A stretch of DNA of 37,500 nucleotides from a virus (taxonomy: Duplodnaviria > Caudoviricetes). The position numbers and the translations under genes are program-made. The notes under the pieces were generated by a model that ran no database searches, was not told where the DNA came from, and worked only from the letters and a program-made list of their open reading frames with translations. Positions within the stretch are counted from its first letter, which is position 1; every line of letters begins with the position of its first letter. Positions 8,634 through 19,000 of this stretch are shown piece by piece. The stretch is from IMG/VR virus record IMGVR_UViG_3300005758_000105, positions 1-37,500 of that record. One strand, given 5' to 3'.

Positions 8634-11600
8634 CTATCCACCGCCACCGTAATCGGTATATTCATAGTAATAGAACGTTAGAGTTCTATAGCTAGGGGGG
8701 TAGTACGCGTCTTGACCAGGAAAGGTTGCTGTTAACGTGTACCAGCCTTCACCCACATAAGGTGACACATTAGTGGCATAATTAAAACTACCATATCCGC
8801 TTGCATTAGTGGTAATGTTTGCGGCAGCACCTACAGCCGAGGGCCCTGCAGTAATAGTTAGTGTTACTGTTGAATTAGGTCTAGCATCAAATATTTCGAT
8901 AAATGCAGAGCTTGTAGGCGCAGCATTATTGTAATAATAAGTGCTTGAACCCATGTATGGATAATATTGCTGAACATATCCGCAAGTAGTGCTATTACTT
9001 TGTACGGTTTGGCTATAAGTGCCACCACGACCGTTCCAGTAGTTTTGCATTAGGTTAACACCACTGCAATACTGACCGCCATTAGCTGTGCCATAATCCC
9101 AAAATATTTGTACTGGATAACTTCTTATGTGATTATTGTGTGTAAACTTAATCCACAAGCGTTTAGTGCGTTGATCGCTACTAAACGAGTTACCATACAC
9201 GCTAGCATTTACAAAGCTGCCACTACTATCAGTAGAAACTCCTGAACCTGGCCAACTTGTAGGTTGAGGGTCTCCCTCATTTAAAATTGAGAATAGAAAT
9301 GGCTCATTGGGCTTAGCATTACTAATTACAATAATTGCTTGCTCACTTAAAGACACTTGATTGTCAACATACCCGTTTTGATAAGCTGCCAAATTAGATA
9401 CAATTAATGTTTCATCATAATCTATATATCCACAGTATGTACTATTGTACTCCAATACACTAGTATAGGTGCCTCCACTGCCATTGTGGTAATCTTGATA
9501 TTTAGTATATTGATTTGCACCACTACCGCAGTAAGGATTGCCACTAGGGGTTCCGTAAGGTGGATATTGACTAGTATCGTTGATGGTAATGTCTACATAT
9601 GCTTTTACAGGTCCACTAGTGCTACCACTTTTTAGGTAAAAACCTAATACTTCTGTGCCTTCAGTAATTTGGTCATTTTTAAAGAATATTTGAAAGTATA
9701 CTGTAGTAGTATAAGTTTCATCGCCGTAATTAGTAAAACTGCCGGAAGCTATTGGCCCTTGATATTGAAAACCATTGCCATCATTGTAATCAATGTTAAC
9801 ATAGTTTATATCATTTAAAGTTATATTAGTACCACCAACTATCCAATAAATTACAGTTCCGTATGGTACTCCAGTTACAGTTGCTGTAAGTGTAGTTCCA
9901 CTCCCCTCATTGACTGTAAGTGGTGAAGCAGTGACATTATAACTTGCTTGTAATTGTGAAGTGTCATTAATAGTAATTGTAGCACTTGTAGCTTTTACAG
10001 TACCACCAGTACCATTTATTCTAACTTGTGCTTGAAAAGTTTCTGCACCTTCATTAATACTATTATCAGCGGTGGGCGTTACACTAAAACTTCCAGCATT
10101 ATTATTTATTATAAAACTACCACTACTAGTGCCAAAATCTCCGGCATTGCTGACAGTCCAGTACAGTGTGGTGCCATTAGGTACATTGGTAGTAGTTACA
10201 TTAAAAGTAAGACTGCTACCTTCATTTACACTAGTCGCCCCACCGGCAGCAGCTACACTATATGTTGCTGCCTGCGTAACTGTTACAGTATCACTAGTTG
10301 TCCAATGTCTGGTAATATTAAATCTTGCCCAAATTTTCCAACTTCCTACACCACCAAAATCAGCACCAGTAGAACTAGGATTAGAATAGCTGCCATTCTC
10401 ATCTAAATAAACAATCCCTGGTGTAAGTGTAGATTTAAAGTCATTGGTAAAATAGTCTACTATATCATTTTCAGTATAGGAGGCTGGCGCAATTATAAAT
10501 CTTACTGTGTCGTTTGGATAACCACCCTCTATTAAAATTGTAGTGGTCTGATCAGTAGCAATGTTTGTAGGAAATATATCTACAGCTTCACTGTATGGTG
10601 TAGATATTTCTACTATTGGTATTTGTATACTGGCAAGTGTTTGTTGGCTGTTATACACTCTGAAAGTAATAGTATCGCTTTCATTATACGTATAGTCTTG
10701 CAGTGTTTTAATTACTGTAGAAGCTGTTCCATTATTTATAGTAAAAACACCAAATGGTGAAGTAGCTAAATCACCGCCTTGCAGACCATCAATAATCCAA
10801 GATACTTGTGCACCGTTTGCTAATCCTACAGTAGTAAGTGTAACTTGAACTGCTTGTCCTTCTTCTATAGTATTAGCACTTTTTGAAAGCGAATAGCTAA
10901 CATAGTCATTTATTTGAAAACTTACGCTGGCGGCATTGTTATTTAAGGTTAAAGTTGCAGATTCAGTACCCTCAATACCGCCGTCATTGACTGCATAAAA
11001 CTGATAAGTTGCCTGGTTGGTATTAATTGTAAAATTGCCAGTCAATGTACCAGTACTTAAATCACCGGCAGTAATACCTGTACCAGTAATAGTAAAAGGC
11101 ACTTGTGTACCATTAGCTAAACCTGTTGTTGTAAGTGTAAAAATTATAGGATTTGCACTGTCACCTTCGGTTATACTGGATCTATTGGCACTTAGTGAAT
11201 AACCGACAGGTAATCCAGGAAAAGTATAGCCTTGAAATAGTACAGCTTTGTCTATAACTATTAAATTTTGCAAACCAGTTGTGCCAGCATTTAAAAATCC
11301 AGGCGGAGGATTGGGTATACCTGCTGGTGTTAAAAAACCTTGTGGATTACTAATGTGTATTATATTACCCTGTCTTGCAAATACAGTGGGCGCTACTATT
11401 GCTTGATCTGGAGGTATAAGCGCTGAACTTGCATATGCAAGTTTAATATTAGGAAATACAAATGCTGGATTAGCAGGTAAATATCCAGTAATATCATTGG
11501 GATATGTGGGCACTCCTGGCCCCACAAAATCTCCAGAATTAGGAATATTTACTTGTGGATAGCTATATATTTGTAAGTGGCGTTTTGTAGAATCATACAT

Positions 11601-12104
11601 ACATTGACCACTGCTATTAAATAGCTGAATACCATAACCAGTGCCTGCAGTAATAGGATCAATAGCAAAAGCATATACTTCTGGAAAGTCTGCGGCTACT
11701 GGTACTGTATCTACTGGTACATAGGCAACTATATCTATATAACCATATCCAGGCACTGGTGCTGCTTCTGCATAAGGTTTTTCTAAATAGTACCAAATGT
11801 TATTATTACTACTTGGTATTGTGATAGCTGGAAAACATGTTTTATCTGTTGGCATGCTGTAACGTATTCTGTATACTGTCCAATTTCCTGGCCGTACAGG
11901 ATTATATGCACCGTATCCCCAAAAAGCATTACTTTGTATATTTATTCTGCTCCACTCTGCGGTAATATTCCAAACACTCAAAACCTGCGACTGACTATGA
12001 AACCAAGGTTTTAAATTATTATCATCTATAACTATTTGGGTTCTTGTATCGCCCTGAGGTGTTTGAATAGTAGTATCATTAAAAAATTTAAATCCATAAC
12101 TCAT
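8634..12104 (-). CDS. Tail tip/receptor-binding protein with multiple Calx-beta/Ig-like domains (1156 aa)
   Basis: Start reassigned to ATG 12104 (ATGA overlap with the upstream stop; MSYGFKFF). GYGIQLFNSSGQCMYDS motif of post-gpJ tip proteins; four YS(L/V)...(I/V)xEG repeats; two Cys-bracketed repeats. Confidence 0.8.
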   Translation of the reverse strand: MSYGFKFFNDTTIQTPQGDTRTQIVIDDNNLKPWFHSQSQVLSVWNITAEWSRINIQSNAFWGYGAYNPVRPGNWTVYRIRYSMPTDKTCFPAITIPSSNNNIWYYLEKPYAEAAPVPGYGYIDIVAYVPVDTVPVAADFPEVYAFAIDPITAGTGYGIQLFNSSGQCMYDSTKRHLQIYSYPQVNIPNSGDFVGPGVPTYPNDITGYLPANPAFVFPNIKLAYASSALIPPDQAIVAPTVFARQGNIIHISNPQGFLTPAGIPNPPPGFLNAGTTGLQNLIVIDKAVLFQGYTFPGLPVGYSLSANRSSITEGDSANPIIFTLTTTGLANGTQVPFTITGTGITAGDLSTGTLTGNFTINTNQATYQFYAVNDGGIEGTESATLTLNNNAASVSFQINDYVSYSLSKSANTIEEGQAVQVTLTTVGLANGAQVSWIIDGLQGGDLATSPFGVFTINNGTASTVIKTLQDYTYNESDTITFRVYNSQQTLASIQIPIVEISTPYSEAVDIFPTNIATDQTTTILIEGGYPNDTVRFIIAPASYTENDIVDYFTNDFKSTLTPGIVYLDENGSYSNPSSTGADFGGVGSWKIWARFNITRHWTTSDTVTVTQAATYSVAAAGGATSVNEGSSLTFNVTTTNVPNGTTLYWTVSNAGDFGTSSGSFIINNNAGSFSVTPTADNSINEGAETFQAQVRINGTGGTVKATSATITINDTSQLQASYNVTASPLTVNEGSGTTLTATVTGVPYGTVIYWIVGGTNITLNDINYVNIDYNDGNGFQYQGPIASGSFTNYGDETYTTTVYFQIFFKNDQITEGTEVLGFYLKSGSTSGPVKAYVDITINDTSQYPPYGTPSGNPYCGSGANQYTKYQDYHNGSGGTYTSVLEYNSTYCGYIDYDETLIVSNLAAYQNGYVDNQVSLSEQAIIVISNAKPNEPFLFSILNEGDPQPTSWPGSGVSTDSSGSFVNASVYGNSFSSDQRTKRLWIKFTHNNHIRSYPVQIFWDYGTANGGQYCSGVNLMQNYWNGRGGTYSQTVQSNSTTCGYVQQYYPYMGSSTYYYNNAAPTSSAFIEIFDARPNSTVTLTITAGPSAVGAAANITTNASGYGSFNYATNVSPYVGEGWYTLTATFPGQDAYYPPSYRTLTFYYYEYTDYGGGG

Positions 12105-12433
12105 TTTGCCAACACCATTAAAACAGTAGGTACATTTAAACTGCTGGGTAAGGCTGCACCAGCACTTTCCCATGCAGGATAACTTATATGTGAATAAGCA
12201 ATTCTTACATATCCACTTCCACTAGTGGTAGAAGTATAAACTGGTTGATATGTATGATTTCCGCTCTGCAGTGGCACAAATGTTAAAACCATTGAGTATA
12301 CATAAGATGGCAGAGCTATAAAACCACTTTGACCTGGTGGAAATACTGCAAATTGCACGAATACGCCGCCTTGACTACTACTGTCAAAGGCGGTGTTACC
12401 GTACTCGTCTGCTATTTTCATGCCATATGCCAT
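12101..12433 (-). CDS. Small tail tip protein following the J-like fibre (110 aa)
   Basis: MAYGMKIADEYGNTAFDSS N-terminus typical of small genes after gpJ-like proteins; TAATG coupling. Confidence 0.75.
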   Translation of the reverse strand: MAYGMKIADEYGNTAFDSSSQGGVFVQFAVFPPGQSGFIALPSYVYSMVLTFVPLQSGNHTYQPVYTSTTSGSGYVRIAYSHISYPAWESAGAALPSSLNVPTVLMVLAK

Positions 12434-15400
12434 TATGCTTGTCCTGGTGCTGAGCCTAGATTGCCGATTACAACGCGGCGTACTCCGGTATCATAGACTT
12501 CAATTTTATTTTCAAATAGTTTCATATAAGTACTACCACTAGTATTACCTATTGTTAATTTATTTGCAGCAATTGTGTTTGTGGTTATTTTTCCACCATC
12601 TATTGTTGTAACGTTACTAAGGGTATTAGTAGCATAATTACCAGCAGCATTGCTTACTGCAGTATTTGCAATATTGGTAGCTGTAGTGGAGGTTACGTAT
12701 TGGTTATTTGTAAAGGTAACCAATCCATCAAAATTTTGGTGTGTAAACGGTGAGCTAATGGTTACTGTTTGAGCACCATTATACTCTGTTTCCTGCACAC
12801 TGTATCTTACAGCCCATAAACTTACACCATTATTAGGCGATGGTGCTGTAAATGTTGTAGCCCAACCACTACTAACACTACTAAAACTTCCAGTACTAAA
12901 ACTATACCCACTAGCACTGGGTGCGCTGGGTGCGCTGCTTTGGGCTGTGCCGTAATATAAAAATCCGGTTGCATTTCTTAGTGGTAAGCCCGCCTCACCA
13001 CTTACGCGAACAGGTTGTTGCCAAGTCCAGATACTACTACCAGCTGGTTTACTACCAAAAGTAGTCCACACAGGTCCAGTACCTGTAGTACCAGCAATAG
13101 TATCATACCAACCACTAGGTGGATTTGCAGTGCCTGCTGCTGGCGTGGCTGGTAAACCACTGCTACGAATATACGCTTGGGCAGTACTGCTGCCACTGGT
13201 GCCGTCTATACCTTCTACACGATAAGGTACATTCCAAGTATAGGTTTTAGATCCATTTAGTGCAGTTACTACACTGGCGTCAGAAGCCCATAGCGGCTGT
13301 CCAGCATTAGCTGTGGTAGCTTCCGCAACAGTTGCATACCAACCACTAGGTGGAGTACTAGTACTGGTTGAAGGGGTACCTGGCTGGGTAGCTGATCTTT
13401 GATAAACGGTGACCACCCCAGTACCAGGCTGTCCAGGCTGTCCAGTTGCACCATCTTTAGTTTTAGTTACAGTTAAAGTTTTGTCAATAGTAACAGTAGT
13501 GGTACCAGGAACACTAATAGTTGCTCTGTATGTGCAGCTTCCGGCCGCAGTACCAGTAAATTCAGTTACACTTATTGCTCCAGTTGTAGCATTAATAGTG
13601 CTGGTAAATCCTGTTTCTGTACCTGCAACCTTACTAAAAGTTATATTACTGCCTACTTGTGTGGTGCCACGAAATACTAAAAATGTGCTTGTAAGTGGTA
13701 ACTGTCCTGCGTATAATACGCCGTCTTTATCTGCTTGTAGTGTTTGGTTTTCATTTACCAAACCTGCACTTATACTATCATCACCCTCTTGTACGCTGTA
13801 TACTGTAAATATGTCTTGTGCCGATACTCCACCTGTACCAGTAACTACACACTTTACTATTTTTGAAGCAGTGGGTGCAAAAGCAGCAATTGTAAATTCA
13901 CTGCCAGTTTGTCCTGTTTGTAAAACATTATCCACATACCAAGCATATTGTGCTCCTGGTATATTTAAAACATCTGCACTTAACTCTATGCTTGAAGTTT
14001 GGTATGTATTACTATTTTTTAATCTAACAAATGCTAATCCTGGATCAGCAGTTATATTGACTACTGGTGCACTGGAGCCGTCTATTACTTTATTAAATCT
14101 TACTATTCTGTAAATTATCTCATCGCCAATTGCAAAGTTAATTTTAAAACTTGCATAGCTACTGGTAATCCCAGTTACAGTTACTTTTCCAGTAGTAGCG
14201 TTAACTGCTGGATTAGTAAAAGTTACTCCATTTACATCTACTATACCATAAACTATCTGATTACTTGGTATAACAGTAGTACCACGCACTACTATAGTAT
14301 CAATTACTAATGGAAATTGTGCAGGATCTGGTGTATTATTACTGTCACAAGAAATAGAGGTATTTTCAGGAATAGCTGCTGCTGCCAAAGCACTACTACC
14401 TTCTTGTATATAGTACAAGGTATGCTCATCAAATAAACTTATTGGTTCTTGTTGAGCATTTTGCCCAGTTACATCTACTCTTATTTCTTTGCTTGCTACA
14501 TTTGTAAATTTATTAACTCGCAGCGTGCTGCTTGTTTGGCCAGCTTGTACTTGACCATCTATTCGCCAAACATACTGAGGATTGACAATATTGGAGACGT
14601 TTGCTACAACATCTATATATGCTGGAGCAGTTGCAGTATCTGGTTGATTGGCCGGGCGAACGAATGCCAGTGCACCTGAACGCAAGTTTACAAGAGGTGC
14701 ACTTGCTCCTGTTATGCCCTGCTTAAGTTTACCAAATATTTGTTTTACTACCCTTGATCCAGGCTTCCCTGATTTTGATACCCACTCTACCGTGTATAAT
14801 ATTTCTGCATTATCCGCAGTCATATTAGCGTGTTGTGGAAATTCAATACCAAAGCTTGTATATACTGGCTGATCTTCCGCTACTATTCCAGTGGCTGCAA
14901 TATTAGTAATTCTCCAAGTGCCATTAGAGTAAGGACTATTAATATCTACAGCAAGTCTATCTGCACCTTCATACACTTCAATAAGTGTACCAGTATCTAA
15001 ATATTCGGCAGGGTCTACTAAACCATTTTCGTCTGCTTGGAGTTGTTGAAATGGATTAAATACATCTACAGTAATACTATCTGTACCATTATCCAATCTA
15101 AGTATAGTATCTTCGTCATATACATTACCAATTTGTGCTCTAACAACTGCATACTTAATATCATTGCTTATATGAAATTGTTGCTTAGTTATAGTAATTG
15201 TATTATTATTTTGTGTAAACTGTATAGTTGGCGAAGTAATCTCTGTACCATCACCCCTATAAGCTTTAACAGTAAAGGTAGCTGTTCCAGTTAAATTTGT
15301 TAAATTAGCTGTAGCAACAACTTGTGGTGTATCAGCTAGTGTTGCATTTGCATCCTTATAAACAAAATTATCTGGAATCATTGTTAAACGGATTTGTGGA

Positions 15401-16029
15401 GCATCTTGTCCAATACCATTTACAATATTCCAGTCACGTAAAACTTCTATTCCATCATAAACTGCTTTAAAGGTAATTTTACCAGCATTAAGAGTACCGG
15501 TCCAACCCGTTGCGGTAAATACACCAGTACTAGCATTAATTGTGGCTTGTATACCGTTAGTGGCGCTATTTGCTACTACACTGTATACGGGACCATTTCC
15601 TGTTACTTCTTGGCTAACATTCCACACTCTAAAAGTCCCAGTTGCATATTGCCAGTCTGGTGCACCAGTAGTTGCACTGCGAGCTAAATAGTGTGGATCG
15701 TTTGTAAGCTCTCCATAAACCTTTGTAAATTCATCATAGGTTTTTACACTGAACTCATTAGATATTTTATAAACAGTTGGATCTATGCGACTAATAAACG
15801 CATATCTTACATAGTATTGTGTGTTTGTTAATAAATTTTCTAAACTAATGCTAGAACCCACCCCGAATTCAACCGGGGTGAGTGTCTGCGGATTAAATCC
15901 TTGTGTAGTACTGAACCAAACTTTTACACCCAGCAAGTCATCGCGTACATCACTGGTACGTATAGTATCGTATCTTGTAGTGTATAATAAATGTATGCGT
16001 CTAATACCTGGGTATATAGTTACTGACAT
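12433..16029 (-). CDS. Central tail fibre, gpJ C-terminal-like (1198 aa)
   Basis: N-terminal Fn3-like segment (ENLLTNTQYYVRY); Ig-like repeats; YxRS..P.TP...PPSGWY repeats; C-terminal IDGGKITTNTIAANKL...IEVYDTGVRRVVIGNL. Confidence 0.8.
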   Translation of the reverse strand: MSVTIYPGIRRIHLLYTTRYDTIRTSDVRDDLLGVKVWFSTTQGFNPQTLTPVEFGVGSSISLENLLTNTQYYVRYAFISRIDPTVYKISNEFSVKTYDEFTKVYGELTNDPHYLARSATTGAPDWQYATGTFRVWNVSQEVTGNGPVYSVVANSATNGIQATINASTGVFTATGWTGTLNAGKITFKAVYDGIEVLRDWNIVNGIGQDAPQIRLTMIPDNFVYKDANATLADTPQVVATANLTNLTGTATFTVKAYRGDGTEITSPTIQFTQNNNTITITKQQFHISNDIKYAVVRAQIGNVYDEDTILRLDNGTDSITVDVFNPFQQLQADENGLVDPAEYLDTGTLIEVYEGADRLAVDINSPYSNGTWRITNIAATGIVAEDQPVYTSFGIEFPQHANMTADNAEILYTVEWVSKSGKPGSRVVKQIFGKLKQGITGASAPLVNLRSGALAFVRPANQPDTATAPAYIDVVANVSNIVNPQYVWRIDGQVQAGQTSSTLRVNKFTNVASKEIRVDVTGQNAQQEPISLFDEHTLYYIQEGSSALAAAAIPENTSISCDSNNTPDPAQFPLVIDTIVVRGTTVIPSNQIVYGIVDVNGVTFTNPAVNATTGKVTVTGITSSYASFKINFAIGDEIIYRIVRFNKVIDGSSAPVVNITADPGLAFVRLKNSNTYQTSSIELSADVLNIPGAQYAWYVDNVLQTGQTGSEFTIAAFAPTASKIVKCVVTGTGGVSAQDIFTVYSVQEGDDSISAGLVNENQTLQADKDGVLYAGQLPLTSTFLVFRGTTQVGSNITFSKVAGTETGFTSTINATTGAISVTEFTGTAAGSCTYRATISVPGTTTVTIDKTLTVTKTKDGATGQPGQPGTGVVTVYQRSATQPGTPSTSTSTPPSGWYATVAEATTANAGQPLWASDASVVTALNGSKTYTWNVPYRVEGIDGTSGSSTAQAYIRSSGLPATPAAGTANPPSGWYDTIAGTTGTGPVWTTFGSKPAGSSIWTWQQPVRVSGEAGLPLRNATGFLYYGTAQSSAPSAPSASGYSFSTGSFSSVSSGWATTFTAPSPNNGVSLWAVRYSVQETEYNGAQTVTISSPFTHQNFDGLVTFTNNQYVTSTTATNIANTAVSNAAGNYATNTLSNVTTIDGGKITTNTIAANKLTIGNTSGSTYMKLFENKIEVYDTGVRRVVIGNLGSAPGQA

Positions 16030-16038
16030 AATTATCCC

Positions 16039-19000
16039 TTATGTAATTGTTGTAACGACTATAGTACCTAATACACTATCAGAACTATATTCATTATTTC
16101 TGTTCATGCTTCTACAGGCTACTCTATAAGTTATACCTGCATCAGAAATTCTAGGAGTTGGTAAATCTAATAAATTAAATCTTGCTTCTGATGGGCTACG
16201 AACAACTTTGATATTGTTTGTACTATCAGGAGTTATTTCCCAGAAATCTTCTACACCAGTGTCCTTGTATAGTCTATACTCAAAAGTTTGGAAATCTTGA
16301 CCTCTAGTATAGCTTTGTGGTACTTTGGCTACTATATAAGTATTTTCTAAGTCCATTTCTAGTAGTGGAGTTGTTGGTTCTAGCCCACTACTACCTGCTA
16401 CAAATGCTTTTGCTATACTCCAACTTCCAAATATAGTATTGTCGCCGTTTGTATATCTAGCTCTAACTTTATACATTCTGCCAGTTTCTAATCCACTAAA
16501 AGTAATATTTCCAGTTTCTTTATTTGCATAAAGTAAAGTTCCAGGATTAGCATCACTAAAAGTTTGATCGGATCTTATCATTTCGAACTGAACTCTTGTT
16601 GCATTTCTACTCAGTCCCATTGGATTACTAAATAGTAACAATGCTACTGTTTGATAAGTTCCAACAGATATTTGCTGACTTGTGTCTCTGGTACTAGTAA
16701 TCCTGCCTAATATTGGTACACCATTAATAGTATTTTGTACTACTCCAGTGCCGGGCAGTGTAATATTACTTTGATGCTTTAAGTCACCATCTAAATCAGC
16801 TGTGTATATCTCTGGACTGTAATCTGTTAAAGTTATTCTAGCTGTTAAATTTGCTGCCGGTTCTACTGATAGTACAATTAGATCTTGAGATTCTAAGTTT
16901 TCACTACCTAGCATAAATAAATTATCTACTGCAACATTGGTTGGTATATTCTCGACCACAGTTATAGTAGAGTAGTAACCAGTAGTAGTTATTCTAGCTA
17001 AAGTTAAGTACACGCTTCCGCTACCTGCAGTAGCGTTAATATCATTAGTTCTTATTCTAATTTTATAGTTTGCTTGTGGACTAGGATTAGCTTGTAATAA
17101 AACTTCTTCTGTTAGTAAAATAGTTTTAGTTGTTGAATTAATTGCCTTGATTCGTCCACTGCCAATACCCCATAGCGGAACGTCATGAGTAACTTTTACT
17201 AAGTCCCCACGATTACAAACCAAATACTCAAAATCAGTATTTAAAGTATAAGTTTCTGGTCTGAGCTTTAGTTGTGCCATGTGCCATTTAGCTAAATGTT
17301 TAGCTTGGGCAATGTTTGTTACGCCTGGCAAACTTAACTCTTCAAATATTTCTGCACCTAATTTACCATTACCAGCAACTGCGTCATATCCATAGTTGTA
17401 TACATAAACATCTTCTGCTTGATATGCATTATGTTCATTTTGTATAGTCATACGAAATGCGTGTGGAATTCTTGGTAAAGTTTTTGAAGATTCAAATCCC
17501 CAACTGTTGTGCGGTGTAAAATGTTGTATAGTATGTGTTCTAGGTTTATCTATTATAACACTCCATTTACCGTCTACAAATATTGGGCTAGCTTTTCCAG
17601 CGGCGCAAATATCTCTCAAAGTATCCATAACACTTTGCGTACTTGTTATAACTGCATTATAACTCAGTATTGGATTATTTGGGCTTGGGGTTACAGGATT
17701 ACAAAAATTATGCCATTCAATTATTTTATCTAAATCTACCTTAGCCCTTATATCAGTGTGTATTGTTGGGCTCTCCATATCGGCTACTCTATATGCATTA
17801 GCTGGATGCATTAAAACATACAAAAATAAACTAGCCGGATTATTTGTAGCTCTAAATGCCCAGCTACTTGTAGATCTATTCCAGTCATAAGCAACTGTAT
17901 GTACTAGTGCATTTATGCCGTCTACATTTCCATTTGCTTTGCTTGTACTCTGTACTTTAATGGCCGTTCTTGCTACTCTGCCACGAGGTAATTCTCGCAT
18001 AGGCGGATTAAGTGTATCATAACAAACTGCATTGCTAATAGCTACAGTATCATAGTATCTATACTCACTAGTTGATAATTCTTCAAATTCTGGAGTTACT
18101 CTTCTGGCGCGTAATTTATATCTATCTCTTGGTAGCCCTGTAACTGTATAAACGTAATTAAATGGATCTTTACGTTTATGGAAACTATTAACTGCCCCTA
18201 TAGTAAATATTGTTTGCGGACTAGAAGGTGTGTTTAACCCTGTATTAGGAGTAAAACTAATTCTAAAAGCTACTGCTGCTTTTCCAGCTTGTGAATCTTG
18301 AGCCTGTATTCTTAGCGGATAAGTGCCTGCTGCAAAGTGCTCAGTACCAGTCATTACATTTCCATAACTACCTTCTACTAAGTCAGTTACTACGGGTCGG
18401 CTATCTAGCGTTATTTGTGCTTTGTCATCTACGCCGGCTTCAAAATCATAAAAGCCTGAATATGGTAGTGTAACTTGTACAGTTACATCTATATTTGGGT
18501 TATTAGCATTATTGCCTATCCAAATACCTTTTTCTTTTAAAAATTCTGACCAACGATTATACTGTGCTGGAACTACTGCTCCAGGCACTGTGTTTACACT
18601 TGTTTCCCAAATTGTTTGTTTGCCTGTGCTTGTAGCAGTTGGAGCAGTTGTTGGATAGTATGTTCCGCCTGTAAGTTGAACTTTAACTTCACCTGTTTTT
18701 ACTTGATTACCTTCAAGATCATTAGTAGTTATATCAGTATAACTTGCTCCCAAACCATAACTACCAGATTGACCGGCTATATAGTTAACAGTATACTGTG
18801 ATAATAATCCTTGACTAGACCCAATACATATGCGATAAAGAGGAATATATCCTGCAGGTATTGCAGGTAATCTTGTATATGTATTATTAACACCTAATAG
18901 ACTATTATAATTTCCACTTCTAAATGTTTCTTGTAATTCTGCGTCTGGCTCCTGTAGTGGAGATTGTGTGCTTGCTCCTGCAAAAGATCTAATAGCCCCT

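Noticed and set aside
8408-8665. 85-aa minus-strand ORF
   Set aside because: Spans a terminator and a consensus promoter and overlaps both neighbours; no SD
12105-12173. N-terminal 23 codons of the 1179-aa ORF
   Set aside because: Overlap the 110-aa gene; the ATGA-coupled start at 12104 gives a family-typical MSYG N-terminus
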